A DNA stretch of 64,000 bases. Origin: Sporopachydermia quercuum. Taxonomy: Eukaryota. The number at the start of each line of letters is the position of its first letter. Position 1 is the stretch's first letter. Where the stretch lies: NCBI GenBank assembly GCA_001599295.1, contig BCGN01000007.1, forward strand, positions 832,470 to 896,469, given 5' to 3'. A program made the translations under genes and the position numbers. Below are positions 60,593-64,000 of this stretch, piece by piece. A model generated the notes under the pieces. The model was not told the DNA's origin and did not search any database. It saw nothing but the letters and a program-made list of their open reading frames with translations.

Positions 60593-63500
60593 TTAATTCT
60601 TTCCTCCTCTACCACCAATTCCTTTCTCTAATACTTCAATTGCTTCTTGAGAAACTTCTACAGCTGGAAACTTCAATTCTCCTTCTTGTAAAGGTTTATC
60701 CAAGAAGCCAATTGCTATCAAATAGCTCAAATAAACACCCAGAGTTTTCTCATCAACTCCTCGGCCTTTGCTCAAGTCAACTCCTGTCCATTTCTCATCG
60801 GCCTTCAAACATTCTCGTGCATTAGAATCATCTAATTCTGGGGCTTTAGTGTTCTGGGGTAAATCGTCTAGTACAAAATGCAATAACGGATATAATGCGT
60901 TATCTTTAGCTTCCACCATAACGTATTTCTCCAGGGCAATTCGCCACGGAATATAATCGGTAATCTCGGCATTATAGCCGTATTTGCTTAAAGAGCCGAA
61001 GAACTCATTGAATCTCTGTCTCGGGTGAGACGTCACGTGCACAACAGATAAATTGCTGTCTTTTACAACCGAAGGCGCATTGAACGCACTAGCAGTGACA
61101 ATTCTTGCCACGTGATCAACCGGGACCATATTAATACTATTATATATATCCGGAACCTTTCCTAATTGCACACAGCCTTTCATCATCCGGACAATATAAT
61201 CATCAGTATTTGAATAACCGTTATAACTATCACCAGTGACATAGCCGGGTCGAACAATAGAGCCTTTTAAGCCCCGTTTGCCGGCCTCACGGAGAATATG
61301 CTCGGCAGCCCATTTGGACTGTCCGTAGCCGGTAGGAAGTCCCGATTTGGATTTGAGCAAATCGTCACTTTCGGGGATTCCAGGCTTACCCTGNGACACC
61401 AAAAGGTCGGAGTATTCAATGAATTCATTGCTATCGACTGTCGAAGTAGTGGAAACAAAAGAATAGTATTTTGGCTTGCCAACCGCGCACAGGTCAATCA
61501 AGTTAACGGTTCCAATGACATTGGGGCCCCGCAATCTACTGTACGGATAAATCCAATGGACCAAAGCTCCATTATGGATAATAATGTCGATTTGGTCGGC
61601 CAAATGGTTGAAATCGGCATCGGAAAGCCCGAAATGCGGCTGTTCCAGATCTCCCACAAATGCAGTGATAGCATCGGCAAAACTGTCTTTCCAGCACCCG
61701 TAGCCGATGGAAGAGTTCTTAATTCTCTGGAATCCGCTTTCGGCGTCTTTCGCCCGAACATGGGCTACAATTCTTATTTGAGAACTATCTCCGCGGCTTA
61801 AAAGGTCTTTGAGGATAAAAGACCCAAGAAATCCGGTGGCCCCGGTCAGGAAGACTGTAATTGGGTCATTCACACTGAACGGAGCGTCACGTGAAGGATA
61901 TTTCTCCTGTAACCGCGCGGAAATAAGCTTTTGGGCGTCGCCATAGTAATCGGGCACATTATTTCCACTATCGGTACTATCATCTCCGGACTCCTCAGAC
62001 TTGGCAACCCCATCTCCGGAATTGTCCACTAAATCATCATCAGACACTTTTTCAACTTCTCTAGCAAACGCTTTGATTGTCGGGTACTTGAAAATAGTCC
62101 CCAAAGGTAAATCGATCGCCATTTTGTTCCGAAGCTCGAAAATCATTCGGGTAGCTAAAATACTGTGCCCTCCGAGGTCAAAGAAATTGTCTGCGGGTGA
62201 ACCAATAACCGGACGAGTAGGCAGAATATCCAGCCACAAATCGCGGATTTTGGCTTCCATTTCACTGAATTCCGCTTCCGATTCGCTTTTCCGGGTCAAT
62301 TTAGCCACTAGGGACAACTGAACTGTATCCGGGAACGGCAACGCGGGCTTATCCACTTTTCCGTTCGGATTCAAAGGCATTTTCGTCAGCGGAACTATAA
62401 CTGTCGGAATCGCATAGGAAGAAAGTCTCTTTTTAAGGAAATCCCGGATATCTTTGATCAGATTCTGATGCTTCACAAGTCCTTTAACTAACGGATCTGC
62501 AGGGGCGTCCGGGTCAGCAGTAGAAGGACCCGGGTCCTTCGGAACAATATAAGATATCAAAACTGGCTCTTCGTCCTTATCTCTGCGCACCAAAGTAACG
62601 TTTTCTCTAACCATTGGATGCTGGCTCAAGTGAGTATCGATTTCCCCGAGCTCGATTCTGAAACCCCGGATTTTCACTTGATCGTCAGCCCGGCCACAAC
62701 ATTCAGTGTTCCCGTCCGGAAGATACCGACCCAAATCTCCAGTTCTATAAAGCCGATCCCGAATTCCAAACCAGTATTTTTTCCATGCTTCAACCGGAGT
62801 TTTGGTGATTGTCGGGTTGTTTCCCGCGGAATCATCCACGTCATCTTTCCATTCCGAATCCGCAGTATACCAATTATTCACGAACTTCTTCGCTGTAAGC
62901 TCGGGAAGCTTCAAATAGCCCTCGGCAAGGCCGCCCGCCCGCACGTAAATCTCCCCAACTTCCCCCACCGCGCAGGATTGACTGGTATCGTGCCGGTTCA
63001 CAATAATTAACTGAACGTCTAACATTCCTTTTCCTGCAGGAATAATATCCTTCTGAGAGTCCAGGAAAGACGGATCAGCACTTCGGGGCGGAATCAGGAA
63101 ATAGGAAACCGATCTCTGAGTTTCCGTAGTGCCGTACATGTTCACAATACTACAATTATTAGCTAATCCTTGTAATCGGACGCAGTCTCGCTTGGTGAGA
63201 ATATCCCCCACGAAAAAAGCATGGTGGAGATGGGAAATCTTGTGCGAAGCTTGCGCCGAAAGCAGTTGTCCCATTGCCGGTGTCAAATGCGTAACGGTAG
63301 CTTTATGTTCATCCATCCATTCGGCAAGTCTTCCGGGAGTTCCGATATCGTCACTGGTGGGCACCAATAGCTGTGCCCCGAGAAATAGCGGAGTGAAAAT
63401 GTCCCNTTGAATAGGATCATGGGCAATTCCGCTAAGCATTGTGAATCTATCCTCGCTCGAAAGGTTGAATTCTTGAGACATCCAAGGGAAATAATAGGTG

Positions 63501-64000
63501 AGGGAGAAATGTCGACCTTTAACGCCTTTCGGAATGCCCTCGGAGCCGGAAGTGAAGGATAAGGTAGGATTGGCGTCTGGGCCGACAATCACACCAGTAG
63601 GAGTTGATTTGCGCGAGTAAAAAGACTGTAAAGGGTTTTCCGTAGTTCCCGAACTAGAACCAAAACTGGTAATTGTGCCGTCGTCTGCTAATTCCAAGCC
63701 GTCAATTCGGGCCAAAAGTTCCAATTCCTTGGAAATGTACTCCTCGACTAAGCCATCGATTATTCCGGCTTTCTTAATCACTATTAAGGCCTTAGGACGT
63801 GCTACCGATAAATAAATATTCTGTCGGGCCGGCGGATAAGCAGGATCAATAACCGAGAAAGTTGCCCCGGCTTTTAAAACTCCCATCACAGCTACCACCA
63901 AATCGACGCCTCTGTAAGCGTAAATCATAACCACATCACCGATTTTGATACCCTGGTTAATCAAATAATGAGCTACAACATTGCTGCTTTCGTCAATCTG
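60593..64000 (-). CDS. LYS2: Alpha-aminoadipate reductase (A-T-R domains); 5' part lies outside the window
   Basis: [23 protein letters not shown], phosphopantetheine site [12 protein letters not shown], reductase LTGATGFLG and GYGQSKW; convergent with RAD16 as in YBR114W/YBR115C. Confidence 0.97.
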   Translation of the reverse strand, partial: QIDESSNVVAHYLINQGIKIGDVVMIYAYRGVDLVVAVMGVLKAGATFSVIDPAYPPARQNIYLSVARPKALIVIKKAGIIDGLVEEYISKELELLARIDGLELADDGTITSFGSSSGTTENPLQSFYSRKSTPTGVIVGPDANPTLSFTSGSEGIPKGVKGRHFSLTYYFPWMSQEFNLSSEDRFTMLSGIAHDPIQXDIFTPLFLGAQLLVPTSDDIGTPGRLAEWMDEHKATVTHLTPAMGQLLSAQASHKISHLHHAFFVGDILTKRDCVRLQGLANNCSIVNMYGTTETQRSVSYFLIPPRSADPSFLDSQKDIIPAGKGMLDVQLIIVNRHDTSQSCAVGEVGEIYVRAGGLAEGYLKLPELTAKKFVNNWYTADSEWKDDVDDSAGNNPTITKTPVEAWKKYWFGIRDRLYRTGDLGRYLPDGNTECCGRADDQVKIRGFRIELGEIDTHLSQHPMVRENVTLVRRDKDEEPVLISYIVPKDPGPSTADPDAPADPLVKGLVKHQNLIKDIRDFLKKRLSSYAIPTVIVPLTKMPLNPNGKVDKPALPFPDTVQLSLVAKLTRKSESEAEFSEMEAKIRDLWLDILPTRPVIGSPADNFFDLGGHSILATRMIFELRNKMAIDLPLGTIFKYPTIKAFAREVEKVSDDDLVDNSGDGVAKSEESGDDSTDSGNNVPDYYGDAQKLISARLQEKYPSRDAPFSVNDPITVFLTGATGFLGSFILKDLLSRGDSSQIRIVAHVRAKDAESGFQRIKNSSIGYGCWKDSFADAITAFVGDLEQPHFGLSDADFNHLADQIDIIIHNGALVHWIYPYSRLRGPNVIGTVNLIDLCAVGKPKYYSFVSTTSTVDSNEFIEYSDLLVXQGKPGIPESDDLLKSKSGLPTGYGQSKWAAEHILREAGKRGLKGSIVRPGYVTGDSYNGYSNTDDYIVRMMKGCVQLGKVPDIYNSINMVPVDHVARIVTASAFNAPSVVKDSNLSVVHVTSHPRQRFNEFFGSLSKYGYNAEITDYIPWRIALEKYVMVEAKDNALYPLLHFVLDDLPQNTKAPELDDSNARECLKADEKWTGVDLSKGRGVDEKTLGVYLSYLIAIGFLDKPLQEGELKFPAVEVSQEAIEVLEKGIGGRGGKN

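Noticed and set aside
45326..63588. Many 60-170 aa antisense or alternative-frame ORFs over PSK, MED15, RAD16 and LYS2
   Set aside because: Shadow ORFs expected from GC-rich codons and CAG repeats; no recognisable motifs.
1..64000. Transposons, LTRs, CRISPR arrays, rRNA, spliceosomal snRNAs
   Set aside because: No transposase/RT ORFs, long terminal repeats, spacer arrays or snRNA core motifs recognised by eye; a covariance-model search could still find divergent ncRNAs.

Overview
AT-rich budding-yeast (Saccharomycotina) nuclear DNA, probably from a heterozygous assembly (scattered single n). It holds 19 protein-coding genes and one tRNA: VPS41 (3' part), RTG3, SFT2, HNT1, IFA38, a 1050-aa F-box/LRR-like protein, a PCL2/PCL1-type cyclin, VCX1, a full-length SREBP (bHLH + TM + DUF2014-like), GWT1, intron-containing tRNA-Asp(GTC), DIS3, DAL81, UBP6, MIC19, a MUP-type permease, PAS kinase, MED15/GAL11, RAD16 and LYS2 (3' part). 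Seven spliceosomal introns in five genes were reconstructed by hand (GTAAGT/GTATGT donors, CTRAC branch points, YAG acceptors). CTG encodes Leu at conserved Rad16 positions. Several gene pairs keep S. cerevisiae adjacency. No mobile element, CRISPR or rRNA was seen. Best leads: (1) a cryptic two-intron plus-strand unit upstream of the cyclin gene that could encode a 70-aa microprotein or a spliced lncRNA; (2) a dense TGCAT cluster in MED15 intron 1; (3) a perfect 17-bp inverted repeat with two CACGTG boxes before UBP6; (4) a regional switch to GC/CGG-rich sequence in the last 19 kb. All homology calls rest on motif recognition, not database searches.
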